From assembly GCA_951406725.2 (NCBI GenBank), contig OX597819.1, positions 118,792,001-118,856,000 on the forward strand: 64,000 nucleotides of DNA. Direction: 5' to 3'. The notes under the pieces were generated by a model. That model was not told the origin of the DNA and searched no databases. It saw nothing but the letters and a program-made list of their open reading frames with translations. This document shows positions 11,337-25,864 of this stretch, piece by piece (the first letter of the stretch is position 1; each line of letters opens with the position of its first letter). Position numbers and translations under genes: made by a program. The stretch comes from Octopus vulgaris. Taxonomy: Eukaryota.

Positions 11337-13768
11337 AATAGATAGAAATATAGATAGATAGATAAACGCACAGATAGATAGATTGATAGATAGATAGACA
11401 GACAGACAAACAGACAGATAGATATAAGTACAGTAATTATGTAGTAGAGTTTAGCCAATCATTTCGATTGGATTATGAGTTGATCCTTGAAATGATGATT
11501 GTTTGAATTGCAATATCTCTTTATAGTAATTTTTGTGATTAACAGAATAATTCGTTCTATGACTGCAGCACGTTTCCAAGAGGTCTATGAGCATCTGATA
11601 AGGATGCGAGTTCAGTGGAAACGAGTTCTACACTTAGGTTATTTTAATTAATTTTTAAAAAAACTTTTCCAAGACCGTTTCGTGCACAGCTATTTAAATT
11701 TTTCCAACACTTATGTATTTAGAAAATTCAGGCAGTTGTTTTAGTTAATCACAAGGTAATTTCTTATAAAGAAAAATCAAAAATCCTGTTTGCACCTTCT
11801 ACATTTGTGGCATTATTAGGTTTGCGCATCCGTTTTCATAATGTCGTATGTATTTTTCGTTAAGCCGGCCTGTGTGTATGTCGAATCATAAGTCACCGAC
11901 AGATTCAGAAAACTCAAATTTTGTAGGCGAGTGTGGCTGATTTGTGAAAGTCTGTGATATGACTGCTGCCAAGAAACTTTTGGCAGGTTTTGGTGCTGTC
12001 TTGGAACATACAATATACGCTCAATGTTATTAATGATGGTTGGGTTATATTTAACATTTAATATAAACGTTGGGCTTTTGTTCATCTTTTCAAATGGTTG
12101 CGTGATTAATTTATGTATCTAAGAGATCAGGCATATTTTTGATGCATTTAGAAATGTCATTGCAAACGAAGCCGTCATAGACAGAACAGAGAATTACTTC
12201 CTAACATGCATTATAACAATAAAGTCGGAATCAGTAGTTATAGTAAATTCCTTGCCAAGGTCTATTTATATAAATCAATTTATAATCATGCAGTAAATAC
12301 ATCGACATTCAGCTGGCTGAATGGGTTACGTATTTTAGAGTTTTGCTATTACACCAGCTGGTAATAAATATTGTAGGCACATTGTTACACGCTACTCCAG
12401 TTCGTAGTAAAATGCAGTGACATTTATTACCAGCTAGGAAGTACGCAAAAGTTTTCTTTCATTCCTGATATAATTGTTTCATGGTTTGCGTTGTAATTAA
12501 ACAATCAATAAGACTTTGATCTCAAGTCAGTGACAGTGATCCTGCTATACACAAATTAGCTACGTTTCATCAAATTAGAGAAATTAGTTAATCTTACACC
12601 CGAAGCGTAGGCTAAGAACGCCTGATCTCAAGTCCGTGCGTAAAAGAGACAGTAAAGCCCAAAGAGGAGTAAACATTTTCGTTACATCTTGCGTGCTTAT
12701 ATTCATTTATCAGAAATAAATGTCCGGATTACTGAAACGATTCGCCGAAGAAAATATAAACTCGTTTCTAATTATATTGCTGCAACTATATTGCTGTGGA
12801 CGCGTAAAAGAACGAGCAAACTCCAAACAGGAAAAAAAAAAACATTAACTTAAAGTAACCTTGGCAACAGATTCAACTTAAATTGAAACGTATCATGTTC
12901 AGACACTTTACTGCGGCCACTATGATGAACAGACACATTAATTCCAAGAAATCGTATGAGAAAATTATAATATACTAACTAGAAGACGGTGTGAAGTCAG
13001 ACATATCAAGAAAGAAGCCCTTCATGTATACTACACGCATTATTAAGAAGTAGATAGAAGATGCCGAAGGAGAATTCCGCAGAAGAAATGCTCTGTAAGC
13101 ATTGAAATACATGTATTCACAAACACACACCTATGCACCTCTATATACATACACGTATATACAAACACAACATACATACACACACGCAAAAACACGCAAA
13201 AACACACCACGCACACTCAAGCATCCTTCCACACACAAACATACAAACATGCACGCACATACACACACTATATAAATATATAAATTGTCAAATACACAAC
13301 GAACAAAAGTGTTTACTTTTATATTCTTGATACGCCACAGTATTTTCCAACATGTATATACAAATCGCTATTGTGTTTGTTCATAGGAGGACCTGTTCTG
13401 TGATGAAACAGTAGGGAGTAGCAGATTCACGCCAGAATTTGCCGGAACATATTGACAATATATATACAAGTCATCGTGTGAATATCCCCTCTACAATTCT
13501 TTTTTGTAACTTAATTCAATAATGTTTTCCGTGATAATGTGTTCTGCATAAACCTCCAAATGCACTTGGGACGCTTCATGGAGTGTTCCAATGAATTATA
13601 ATGGGGAAACGTAAATAGGCACAGACAATGTAAATTGTGATTATCCTACTTTCTCACAGCAACACACACGCGCGAATACACACGCAAACACACAAACACG
13701 CACAGACACATTTACACACATACAAACATATATGTGTGTGTGTGTGTGTATGCATGTATTTGTACATA

Positions 13769-13806
<38 letters not shown>

Positions 13807-13828
13807 TATATGCACGTATATATATATG

Positions 13829-13886
<58 letters not shown>

Positions 13887-13888
13887 TG

Positions 13889-13938
<50 letters not shown>

Positions 13939-13964
13939 CATAGATATAGATATATAGATATATA

Positions 13965-14430
13965 TGGGTGCAATGAGTAATTTAACGTCATTATATACTT
14001 TTGAATTTCGCGTATGCGCTTTGTTTCTTTTGGATACTATCGATTACATAGTGCAGTAGGGTCAATTGGGCACCGTCTGTGAAAACGTCAGCAACATCAC
14101 GCAATTCAATTTCACAGAAATTTGGAAACGCCATGAGGTACTGCTTGACATTCGCGCCGGAAGCTCCAATAAGCACCGCTCAGATTGTTTAGCTGTCAAA
14201 CTGAGGATAGTGCAATCTGATGGCATGTAAAGGGAGTTATACAAATCAATCATCCAGTCAACATCATGGCGTTTGGAGTAATCACTAGTAGGGACGACGT
14301 TATGCCTCCATTCATCTTCCACACGGCCTGAGGGCCTACATGAAGTGCCTGGGAGAGATAGTGCTGACCTCATTTAAGAAGTTGTCTCTTAGAAGACACT
14401 GTATTTGCAACAGTACCCTTCCACACAGGC
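13965..14430 (+). pseudogene. Decayed Tc1/mariner (maT/DD37D-like) transposon fragment
   Basis: Translation near 14250-14410 gives HPVNIMAFGVITSRDDVMPPFIF...YxKCLGEIVL...QQ, resembling the HPxxVMVxGVVxSxGxVMPPxxF motif; internally deleted. Confidence 0.6.
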
Positions 14431-14572
14431 AATTTTATTGAATAAATTTACTCATAAGTGCTTCAAGATATTTTTATGCAATTTTTTTCAATATACCTGT
14501 TAAAATGAGATGTCAGTATCATTTTCATTTTTGCGTAATCTAGACGACAGAATATTGACCCCACCCTATATA

Positions 14573-14643
<71 letters not shown>

Positions 14644-14677
14644 TATACATATATATATATACACACACATATAGATA

Positions 14678-14890
14678 CAGGGTGTTCACAAATTATCTCC
14701 GCAGTGAATTTTTTTTCATCCAAGAAGTATTTCAAGACACGTGAAGAGTCAACTTACGTATTGAAAATACACCTCTTATAAAGTTTTCTTAAAGTCTTGT
14801 AAAATCTAATATATTCTTTGTAGTCTTATACCATATTATATTTATTTTGCGATAAAATACTTACTACGGAGAGACGTTTTGTACACCCTG
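14678..14890. mobile_element. Tc1/mariner-type MITE
   Basis: Imperfect TIRs CAGGGTGTTCACAAATTATCTCCGCAGT and (reverse complement) CAGGGTGTACAAAACGTCTCTCCGTAGT; preceded by TA. Confidence 0.65.
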
Positions 14891-14999
14891 TGTATATATG
14901 TAACTCATATAAATCATCGTCCAAATAAAAACCTTCTGAAACCGAATGGGGTCGTATAATACTTGAGCACCTAACCAATTTTTTACATATAAATGTAAG

Positions 15000-15960
15000 T
15001 GTATAGTATTTATACACAGAGTGGTGACCCTTTACAGGACGCCTTACATGCTAGTGATGGCATATATATTTTGTTGTTAAACTGTAACAAATGTTTCCCA
15101 GATATGGCTGTACGGAATGTAGTCGAGTGTGACCGTTTCTCCTATGTGTCCTTGGCAATGGTGCGTGTATATTTTTGTTTTAACGTATGTGTATAAGAAT
15201 TACGGACGTTTACAGAACGTAGGCTGTTGTAATGTACTTGTATTTCAAGATCTATCTTTCAAGGGTTGTATCTTGCTGAGAATATATAAAGCTGCAGGGA
15301 GGTTTGTAGATAAGTGCTTTAATAATTGTCGCATTAGTTCGGTATTTGTAATGTATTTTACTCGATTAAAATACCACCTTAATTTATGAACAGAATATTG
15401 TGGATCGGAGAGGCATATGGCAGGTTAATATGTACTAGATGATAATATATACTACTATATATATATATATATACAATTAGACATTCCAAAGATATTAATA
15501 TTGCGCATAGAGGATTTTTTAATGTGTAGAATAATTCCTTAAAGTTAAAAATATTGCATATGTTTACTTGAGAAATTACGACAAAAGAAAAACTTATATT
15601 TGAATATTTGTATATATTTCTAGTTGTTCTAAAAGTAGCTGTCGATGGTAGATAAGTATCCTTCATCTGGTATTCCTGCATCAATTGAAAGTTCTTTTTG
15701 TGTATTCTAATCCTGAAGGTAAAAGGAAATGATGTGGATAGGTTTTTGCTTGCAAATAAACTAGTATATTTACCTAATACAGTGTGGCTTTGTATGAGCT
15801 TGGTTACGCATGATTTGAAGTGCTGTTCTCCACTTGCATTTTGATTGCTGCATTTGGGGTCAATTTAGCCAGTTTTGAATATGTGCGGATTGCTGTGTAT
15901 CAAGTTATACGTTATTGAATGCTTAGCTATAGTAACGTCATGTAACTGCTATTATAAGTG
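15000..15960 (-). pseudogene. Possible highly decayed Penelope-like ORF (GIY-YIG region)
   Basis: Minus strand near 15130-15165 reads HCQGHIGET, like the CxxxYIGET motif of GIY-YIG; upstream similarity is weak. Confidence 0.3.
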
Positions 15961-16218
15961 CCTGCAGGCAAACGTTTTCTAAGAACATAGTAATTCAAAT
16001 TTGGGAGATGGAATAATTATAACATTCGACCCCTTAATTGTTTTCCTCATTTGTAAGTTTATAACTATTAACGAACTTTTCCTTTTTTCATATAATGGCC
16101 CATCAGGGCATTTTCTGTCAATATGACTTACGAACTTGTAAATCTCTGCATGCTTCCGTGGATATTTGTGTAAATATATATATATATAGATATAGATATA
16201 CATATAGATATATACATA

Positions 16219-16250
<32 letters not shown>

Positions 16251-16312
16251 CATATATATATATACATATATATATATGTGTATGTATATATTATGCATAT
16301 ATATATGTATGT

Positions 16313-16343
<31 letters not shown>

Positions 16344-16395
16344 AATATGATATCTTATATCATCCAATTTATATATTTATGCATTTGTATATATG

Positions 16396-16430
<35 letters not shown>

Positions 16431-17082
16431 TTGCATATATATACATATATATATACGCATACACGCATACATATATATATATGTAAGTACATACATATAT
16501 ATGTATATATACGCATACACACATACATATATATATATATGTAAGTACATACATATGTATACACTTGTCATGACAAGAAATAAGCACATCAGAGACAGCG
16601 CTAATGTCTGTCGTAATTTCATTTGAAAGTGATAATTGATGTCAGTGAACTTGATAGATGTGGTACCAATGTTCTATCTAATAATGGTAATAAGGACATG
16701 AAATATAGAAATTATAAATTTTCTCAGATATAAATTAGTCAACGTTGTACTGTCTGTGCTTTCATTAACAATCTTGTTCAAAGAGTTACAAACGATGTTG
16801 ATCTGGTATTAGGTGAGAAAGCGACGTGTGCCAATGAAAACACAGTTCTTACAAAATGGCTCGACGTTATCTTTCTGTTGAACGTTCAAAGGTTACTTAT
16901 CTATGATAAACACTGAAATATAACGACACAAAAATGGAGTATTTTGGTATTTCGGTATTGGTCACTCCATATTAATAATAACAGTGAAATCATATAATCA
17001 TACAGTACCGTAGTGTTCAATAGACAATAAGAGACTGTTGGATGATGGCAAGCATTGATCAGAATAAGACTATATATATATA

Positions 17083-17484
17083 CTCTCTTTACTCTTTTAC
17101 TTGTTTTAGTCACCGCCTTTAGTCGAGCACCTCCTTTACTCGAGCAAATCGACCCCGGGACTTATTCTTTGTAAGCCTAGTACTTATTCTATCGGTCTCT
17201 TTTGCCGAACCACCAAGTTACGGTGACGTAAACACACCAGCATCGGTTGTCAAGTGATGTTGGGGGGACAAACACAGACACACAAACATATGCACACACA
17301 CACATATATACACATATATACGACGGGCTTCTTTCAGTTTCCGTCTACCAAATCCACTCACAAGGCTTCGGTCGGCCCGAGGCTATAGTAGAAGACACTT
17401 GCCCAAGGTGCCACGCAGTGGTACTGAACCCGGAACCATGTGGTTGTTAAACAAGCTACTTACCACACAGCCACTCATACGCCT
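17083..17484 (-). mobile_element. SINE family A, full length
   Basis: Tail actcttttacttgttt, body, internal (CA)n and head acagccactcatacgccta. Confidence 0.9.
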
Positions 17485-18470
17485 ATATATATAATTTTCA
17501 ATTCCAACTTCTTATATCATTCAATTTCTGTATTATGTATTGAGGTTCTCTTATTTATGATAGGCTTTATCTATCGTAAATAAAATCGCGCAATTTTTTT
17601 ACCTCAAATCTTGTTAAGCTCTAACGTAATTCCGCCTCACACAGTTGATCAAACAGTTCATTGACCGAAAATATTCTAATCGCAAATAACCCATCTTTAC
17701 TCAAACACGTGTTATGTGAAGCTATGCAAGAATTTATATATACAAAAATAGACACAAATGAGCGTGTATATACCTGGATGCAGGTAACATACAAGAGTAT
17801 GTATGCCTATATGTGTGTTGATGTATGTAAATGTCTATATACATGTGTGGATACGTTTGTGTGTATACATCTTCTCCAATTCTTATACTACCCACCAATA
17901 GTCTGTCCTTTCAAGTTACTTAACTTATATTCCCCATTTTTAATTCCACTTCAATTTTACTACACTTACCTTCTCTCCATATTTTCTATGCCCATCGCTA
18001 AAGCTTTATCACAACATGCCTCACACTATTTTACTCTTTACCCTCTTATCTCTTTACCCTCTCATTTCTTACTCTCTCTCTCCTCTCACCTCTCCCTTCT
18101 TTCTATCATTTTATGTTGACCACTAGCTAGGACACCTCTTTCTTCATTTATTTCTCTCTCTATCTCTCGCCTTTTTTCTATCTTCCTGTTTTTGATTTGA
18201 CCTTACAAACACACCTAGCTTTTAAATCACTTAAAAAAATCCTCGATCGAATAACACCGTTTACAAGACTCTATGCTTGGAATGACCAAATATAAACAAC
18301 ATTGGAACTCACACACAAGGTAGAGGAAACATGTATACACCTTTCTGCTTAAATAATGGTACTGCAGATACAGTATCATTACGTATCTTACCTCTGTTTT
18401 CATTCCACCACTCCACTCTGTATTTCATATCTTCTCTATAATAACTATTACTCAAACGCTTTCTCGCACC

Positions 18471-18515
18471 GTCTATGAAGGGATATATAAAATATCACGG
18501 AAACTGCTGTAAGAC
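18471..18515 (+). ncRNA. Degenerate type-I hammerhead motif
   Basis: gtct-ATGAAGG-gatat..atatc-acg-GAAA-ctgctg-TA-agac; stems I and II pair but the core is mutated. Confidence 0.4.
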
Positions 18516-18639
18516 CCTCTCTTTACAAATATTCTGTAAAATACTCGCAGCCTGGGATTTTTTAACCCATTCTGTTAATTTATATATATAAACCTTTGAA
18601 ATTTACGTAAATCTACTATTATTGTCATTACTATTATTT

Positions 18640-18882
<243 letters not shown>

Positions 18883-20899
18883 TGCCCTTGAAGTTATGTT
18901 CAGAAAATATAATTGAATAATTAATTAGAGACACAGATTACGAGAAATATAGATGAGAGGTAGTTTGGGATGAACGAGACATAATACTTATGCACATATG
19001 TAAGAAATTAGTGAAAATATATTTCCTGATGCTTTAGCACTAATATCTTGTTTTCGCAAAAAGAACATACTGAAGGGAATTTTTTTTTCTTTCATACTTG
19101 AATAATTTAGTTCGGAATATTTATATTTAAACAAAGAGCAGCGGCCTCTCTACATCATATGGGCTAGTTTTCAAGGAAATTTTCCCTATTTTCTTTATCA
19201 TCTCTTTAGCTTGTTACAAACGGTAGTTAATGAGTCAGATTTTACAAGAGGCGATAAATGCTCTATCCCACAACAATTGAGAATGTCAGGTAGTTTTCTT
19301 GAGCTTTGATGTAGTAAACAGTATAAATTAAATTGTGTATTCACAGAGCGCTAAGAATACTTCATTGAAGGGAGATACGGGCAATATAAGCGTATGTAAA
19401 TGTGAGACGGATTAAAATTTAACACCTTTAAATGGGCATTAATTTATTTTGGAACAAAAGGGTTTTACTGTTACGTGGTATATCCTATCTTATTAGTGTT
19501 GTTCACAATAGCAACATCCTTGGTTTAGTTGAAGTTTTGATGTCACTGAGATCGCGTACATGAAATCTATGTTAGGGTGATCAAAGAAAGACATGGAAAA
19601 GGCGAATGTTTACAAGCACATTATTTGTCAGCTGTATCATAAAATGAATTTATATCTGTGTTGCTTATCCCGTGTTGAAGCATATAGATCCTGAAAGATC
19701 AAACGAGAAGGGCTCTTCCGTAATAGCCGTTGCTCAACATGATTCCGCATATGTCAAAACGACATCGCTAATAATATGCTATATTCAAAGTATAAATTGT
19801 GAGTTTAAGATTCAAGACAGCTTTCTCTTTTTGAAATCTCTTCTGAGATTGCAAACATGAAAAAAAGAAGTTATCAGGATTCAAAAATATGATGACAGTC
19901 CAAGTAAAACAGCATTTCTATATAATTCCGTACAAATATTGGTTGTTTGATTTATTATTTCTAGTGTGACGGTATACTTCGAGGAAGTGGGAGAGTTGGA
20001 ACCTGAGGAAGCAAGAGTCATACAAAGTCAGGGACAATGAGTTCAAACATGTGCCATAGGGAGAAATATTGACAGTAGCAGGGGAGGAGCTATGCAAATG
20101 AGAATTTTTTTTTATTTTAAGGCAGTTATTTGCTTGTTTTTTATAACTATTATTCATTTTATCAGTTTATACGTACTTTTTAATTTGACCAAATTTCAAT
20201 TATAATTATTGCACGCATGTCATATCGCCAAATATATCCCACGGTGGCAAAATTGCATTCCCAAATTTAAACGTTGTATAACTCTAGGATATGAAATATT
20301 CAACAAATATTTCAAATATTACTCTTGATTCTAATAATTAGAGTGAGGGGACTCGTAGACAGTCTCGCCTTGGGTATGTATTTTTTAAAAATTTTGATGG
20401 CTTTGTTTGAGTAGATGTACATATTAATAACTTAATACGTTACACGATTCTTTAATTAATGGCGATAATGTTCTCAACTCAGCTTTTTCACTTATGTAGA
20501 ACCATATATTTATTGGTTTTCGATATTGAATTTTTATTTAAGCCGTTAATTATATTTCTTCATTTTATTCTTTACCGAGAAGGTTTTGATATTTTACAAC
20601 TACTATTAAGATTTTATCCGCTTCCTGGTCGTCTCTAAATATAATTCGGGAAAATTATCGTATACGTGTGATATGTGTATAGAGTGGGGAGTACGTATTT
20701 GTATTTTTATCTTTTTAAGATTATTTGAAATTGTATACGTTTTAATATATTTTAGTTTTTCAATATAAGTTATTGCTTTATTTTCTATTTTCCACAGTCA
20801 TACGAATTTAGACGCCAGGAGATTATATTGATTTATTTAAATACTTAGAGGAATGAAAATATAATAATGTAAGAATAAAGGATGCTCTAACAATTATAT

Positions 20900-20963
<64 letters not shown>

Positions 20964-21061
20964 TATATAAATATGTATATATAAATATGCATATATATAG
21001 TTATGAATATATATATATATGTGTGTTATATATATATATATATATATATATATACAAATAT

Positions 21062-21642
21062 ATAACTTTGATAGGTTTCGGGCAGTATAGGCCCGGGCCA
21101 TGTCTAACTCAACTGCAACACCTAGTGAAGTCATCATAGCCCACTCTATCAAAGAGTTTTTTATTGTTGGAGACATATCTGGGTGTACGAGGTTGTTACG
21201 GGATATTTTGAAGAAATTCGTCTACTGAACATTTGAATTTTATGGGATTTGTTTCTGTTTTGGCGTATTTTGGTATGGTATTAAAGAGAGCAGGACCGGT
21301 TAAATCAAAGTAATTCTTACGTATTGTTACTATGTGTACCAAGGTCAATTTTTGTAGTGGGCGGATAGTACGGGGGCCAAGTCTGGGACAGATTTTTAAA
21401 TCGGTGCCAACAACATTTGTGCAATATTGATGGAATATTTTCCACATAACACAGATGATGTAGTGCTCCCGGTTGCGCTGGAGAGAGTAGAGGTTGAATT
21501 CTATTAGTCGACCCCCAATAATCAATGTCTCATATCGTCTATTTTTCGTTACGGACCTCTGGAGTGCTTCTACTTTCATAATGAATTGCTTCGTATAAGT
21601 GAACCACAGTAGGCAACAGTACTCAAGGTGGGGTCGGAGCAA
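21062..21642 (-). mobile_element. Second 5'-truncated CR1/L2-group LINE
   Basis: [50 protein letters not shown]; 3' stem-loop CATGGCC-CGGGC...GCCCG-AAAC. Confidence 0.85.
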
Positions 21643-21844
21643 AGTAGAGAATAATGAGGGTGTAGGCAGAGAGAAAGAGAGAGAGAGTTAGGTTTAGGGA
21701 TAGATGGAGATAAATAGATAGATAAAAATGTAGATATACAAGGTATCAGAGAAGTGAAGTTAGATGCAAGGTTATGGTTCATTTCTTTACAGCTGTTTCA
21801 TATCTCGATACTATGTATGTACACACACACAGACACACACACAG

Positions 21845-21905
<61 letters not shown>

Positions 21906-21916
21906 TATATACAGAC

Positions 21917-21987
<71 letters not shown>

Positions 21988-22106
21988 AATAATTAAGATT
22001 CAGTTGAATTAGGTACTTGAGACACCAAGTCAATCCGATATTAACCGCACAGCTCGAAGCAAGGTGAATAAAAAGGAAATAAATAACAACGATATCAAGG
22101 TATTAG

Positions 22107-22183
22107 TCCATTACGGCCGTTTCAGGCGGCTGCACAATGCAAGCATTACATCAATTCAAAATACACCACCTTCTTCGGATGTA
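22107..22183 (-). ncRNA. Type-I hammerhead motif (CCGAAGA core) in a pLTR-like remnant (~21985-22200)
   Basis: Minus strand reads tacat-CCGAAGA-aggtgg...ccgcct-GAAA-cggccg-TA-atgga, with palindromic stem III and a GUA site; the element ends ttaattat next to (TA)n. Confidence 0.7.
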
Positions 22184-22583
22184 TAAGACCATATACGTTT
22201 TAAATATACGGTACACTCCTTTAAAAAATTTTTAGCAAATATTTCATCAGACCTAGAGAATAAAAGAATTGCATGCTTGCTGATATTATTGTTGAGGAAT
22301 GTACTTAGGGAGAAAAGATCCCTACTGTAATTTGTTGTAGCAGAAGAGAATAACGATGGGGGTTATGAGATGGTGTTATAGCTACATTTATCTATCTCCT
22401 TATCACCATCAAAATATCTAATGCGTCTAGTATACTACGTCAACTAAGAATTAAAAGCGCTGGGAATTGACAGTTTAGTTCTAGGTGCTGATAATAAATT
22501 AATGTGAGATACTCTCCCAAATCCCTAAATTACTATGCTTATAACTTCGCTAAGACTACATAAAGAAAGAAATCTTAGAAGTA

Positions 22584-22670
22584 AGTAAGCCAGTGCTATA
22601 TGCCCCGAAGAAGTCAGTAAACTAGTGCTATATGCCCCGAAGAAGTCAGTAAGCTAGTGCTATATGCCAC
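22584..22670. repeat. 32-bp tandem repeat, about 2.7 copies
   Basis: AGTAAGCTAGTGCTATATGCCCCGAAGAAGTC units arranged head-to-tail. Confidence 0.85.
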
Positions 22671-24614
22671 AATGTTCCCAACCACTATGTATAGTTAAAT
22701 GAAGAGACGTTATAGACCCATAAAACATTCAAAATCCTGAGGTATGATTGTAAGCATGGTAACCGATATGTGTAGGGTGTATCAATCTTAATCTCAGAAA
22801 CAGACGCTATGATATTGCGTTATTTATCATATGATTCATTATTCGTATGGTACTCTAATTGTATCTTTAATATAGAAACAAGAAAGTAATCTGCCTCGAT
22901 CTTTAGTAATCCGTCTCTATTGATATAAACTTATTATCGACCTCTTCTTAATTATACTCTGCAGAATATATTCACATTGAATGATCCCTCTAACGCATAT
23001 ATTAATATGATTAATTACCTATACCTAACGAAGTCAATACATACAACTCTATGCTGAATTTTCCATGCGTATACACCCCATATTTCGTAAAATAAAATAC
23101 ATCTGTTCATAGTTCCCAGGCCAAGTATAAATTGCTCCAATTTTCGAAAATGCTCTATAAATCAGTTCAAAACACTGACCAGGCTAGTTGTTGACCATTC
23201 CACTCCGAAAGAGACACATTTTGAAAATTCCAGTAAGATTAGTCTATACACATATGATGATAATTATGCATAATATTTAGGCTATCTTCGTTAACATCAA
23301 ATAGCCTTGTCATTAATATATTTTAGTCCAATTTCTTGCAAAATGCCTTTTAAATAACTGTACGGCATACAAAATATAGAATCTAATCGGTCCATACGCT
23401 GAGGCAGTGTTACAGAAGAAAGAGAAAAAGAAACGCGAAAATACAGTGGTAGTTTTAATTTGTACAACGATGTGCGGTATAAGTTGCTTTTGTTCACCAT
23501 ATTTAACTCGACAGATCAATCAAACTTTAAATACGAACATCTTTTACTTGACAAAAAACGTTTTAACTTTATACATTAAAACATCTTCCAGTCAATTCGT
23601 GTTCGTTCATTATGGCTCCAGTTCAATTTCGTTTCAGGTTTAATAGGTACCCCTGTGCTCAGGTTAGAAGACTATAACGTTTTCAAATGATGCTTGAAGA
23701 AGATATTGAAGTCATGCCAAAAATATTTTTAAATACATATATGTATTTTACTACTGATTTTTAACAGAAATAAATGACGAACATGGACATTTCGTGATAA
23801 AAATATGCGAATATCGCCATTGTTTTCGTAAAATGTCTTTGTTTCCTTTAATTCAAATGCATTATTTTATAGAAAATGTAACACAATTAAATAGAGGAAA
23901 TGACGTGAATAAAATATATATATATTTATATAAAGAATACATGAAAAATATCATATATTTATTTTAACTATATTATATTAAAATTTTTCAACAGCAGGCA
24001 CAATTGCAAGAGAAGTTAATATCATAAGATATGGCGATATTAAAATTTCAGATTATGAGCAACTGCTTTCTAGAAATCATTTTTTTCTCAAAATCGTAAT
24101 TGTTTATTACATTAATAAATGCGCTCTATCATATAAGTGAAATTTTACTTTTCGTTGGTTATTTTATCTGTATATATATTTGCTGTTTTCTTGCGATCAA
24201 CATGGCATTCGCGAAAGAATAATATGAATTTTAATATATGTATTATTTCCATTGTCATGTCTCTCATATCGCTGGATTTTATTTATGTTAAATATTAAAT
24301 TACTTACGTTATATATTAAAAGGAAACCAACTAAAATCAAAATAATAAACTTTCTAAATAACGATTTCACCATTCACCAAGTTAAGAAAAATTTGCTACA
24401 TTCACACGTATAATTTGAAGAGCAGAAAAGTGTAGAAATAAAATCTAAACCGAACATACCTTAGTTTTGCAACAAAACTGACAACCTGAACAGAAAACAA
24501 ATAATGTGAGGATATTTTACAGGGATGCAATTTTAACTGTGTATATGTATTTGTTGGTGCTTGTGTATGTGTATTTGTGCGCATGTGTATATGTGTTTGC
24601 GCGTGAGTCTGTGT

Positions 24615-25028
24615 TCGTTTGTTTGTTTGTTTGTTTGTTTGTTGAGCGAAGCGGTCTTCGTCCCAGAGCTCGCAAGATCGTGCCTCTGTAGTGTGAGAAG
24701 TTCGAAACGTGGTCCTTTGCTATTCGGAAGACCCGCAGAAGAGAAAGCAGGACAACCCCCGACACCGAGAGTATCGGCGGATGGATGAATGCGCATCCAG
24801 GCTCAGCGGTTGCGTAGAAAGTCGGGGACAAGAAACAGGAAGAAAGAGTAAAAGGAAGTTGGAGCGACAGAGCACAACAGGGGTCGCCACCCCATTCCCC
24901 TGCCGGAGACTCGTGCATATTTTAGGTGTTTTCACTCAATAAACACACACAACGCTCGGTCTGGGAATCGAAACCGCGATCCTCCGACCGCGAGTCCGCT
25001 ACACGAACCACTGGGCTATTGTGCCTCC
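24615..25028 (-). mobile_element. tRNA-derived SINE family C with (AAAC)n tail
   Basis: Head GGAGGCACAATAGCCCAGTGG...GGTTTCGATTCCC contains A and B boxes and is shared with 49908-50179. Confidence 0.8.
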
Positions 25029-25793
25029 TTGTGGGTCTGTGTTGTACTTGTTGCTCACCAACCCTAGACAAACAAGCTGTGATTATAGAGACCTGTAGCA
25101 TTAGTACAAACTTCTAACTAAGTATTTCGATCGATTTGCTCGACGGAACCCTCCAAAGTGGTGATCCAACTTGACCCAAGTACTATTACGGAAACAACTA
25201 AAATACTACATAGACAGCAGAGAGAGGAAATAAGAATTTGCTGAAACGCATTTCTTTCGGTTGTTTACAGTTTCCACCATGGAAGTCAACTCAGCAGAAG
25301 AAAATATATTAGAATATTACAGTTCTATATTTAACAGATGGGGAATTATGTACATATATATGTAATATACAAATAATGTGTAATAGAATGTTTTGATGAA
25401 ATATACGTACATATGCTACCTTCTGGAGATCAGGCAGAGATAGAAGATAGCTGTTAACTGTAAAAAATAGTATAATAAATTCGCTGTTATAAAAATTAAA
25501 TAGAACTTAATCAATTAGTAACAAAATGCCATGAGTTATGACAACATAAATATCACTACAGTACTCTATATGATACTACATATGATCTCTGTCTGTCTGT
25601 TTCTCTCTGTATATATAATAAAATATTAGGGAATAATATATAATAAAATATTAGGGAATAAATCCAAACTTACAGGGAAAAATCAGATTTAAATTATAGT
25701 CGATTTTGATATAATCATAATTGTTAGGTTCTATATTATTTATATCTTAAAAATATCGTTTAAATATTTCTGATTATATTTTAGATATTTCAA

Positions 25794-25864
25794 TTACCTG
25801 AAGATTGACTGTAACCATAACTCGAATTATTACGAATTGGACAGCCATGAAACGATCATAGTGT
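25794..25864 (+). ncRNA. Degenerate type-I hammerhead motif in a pLTR-like remnant (~25610-25995)
   Basis: tac-CTGAAGA-ttgactgt...acagccat-GAAA-cgatca-TA-gtg. Confidence 0.55.

Noticed and set aside
22584-22670. 32-bp repeats resembling a CRISPR array
   Set aside because: Head-to-tail units with no unique spacers.
24946-25028. tRNA gene-like sequence (also other SINE heads)
   Set aside because: A and B boxes belong to SINE heads that continue into repeat bodies; no complete cloverleaf.
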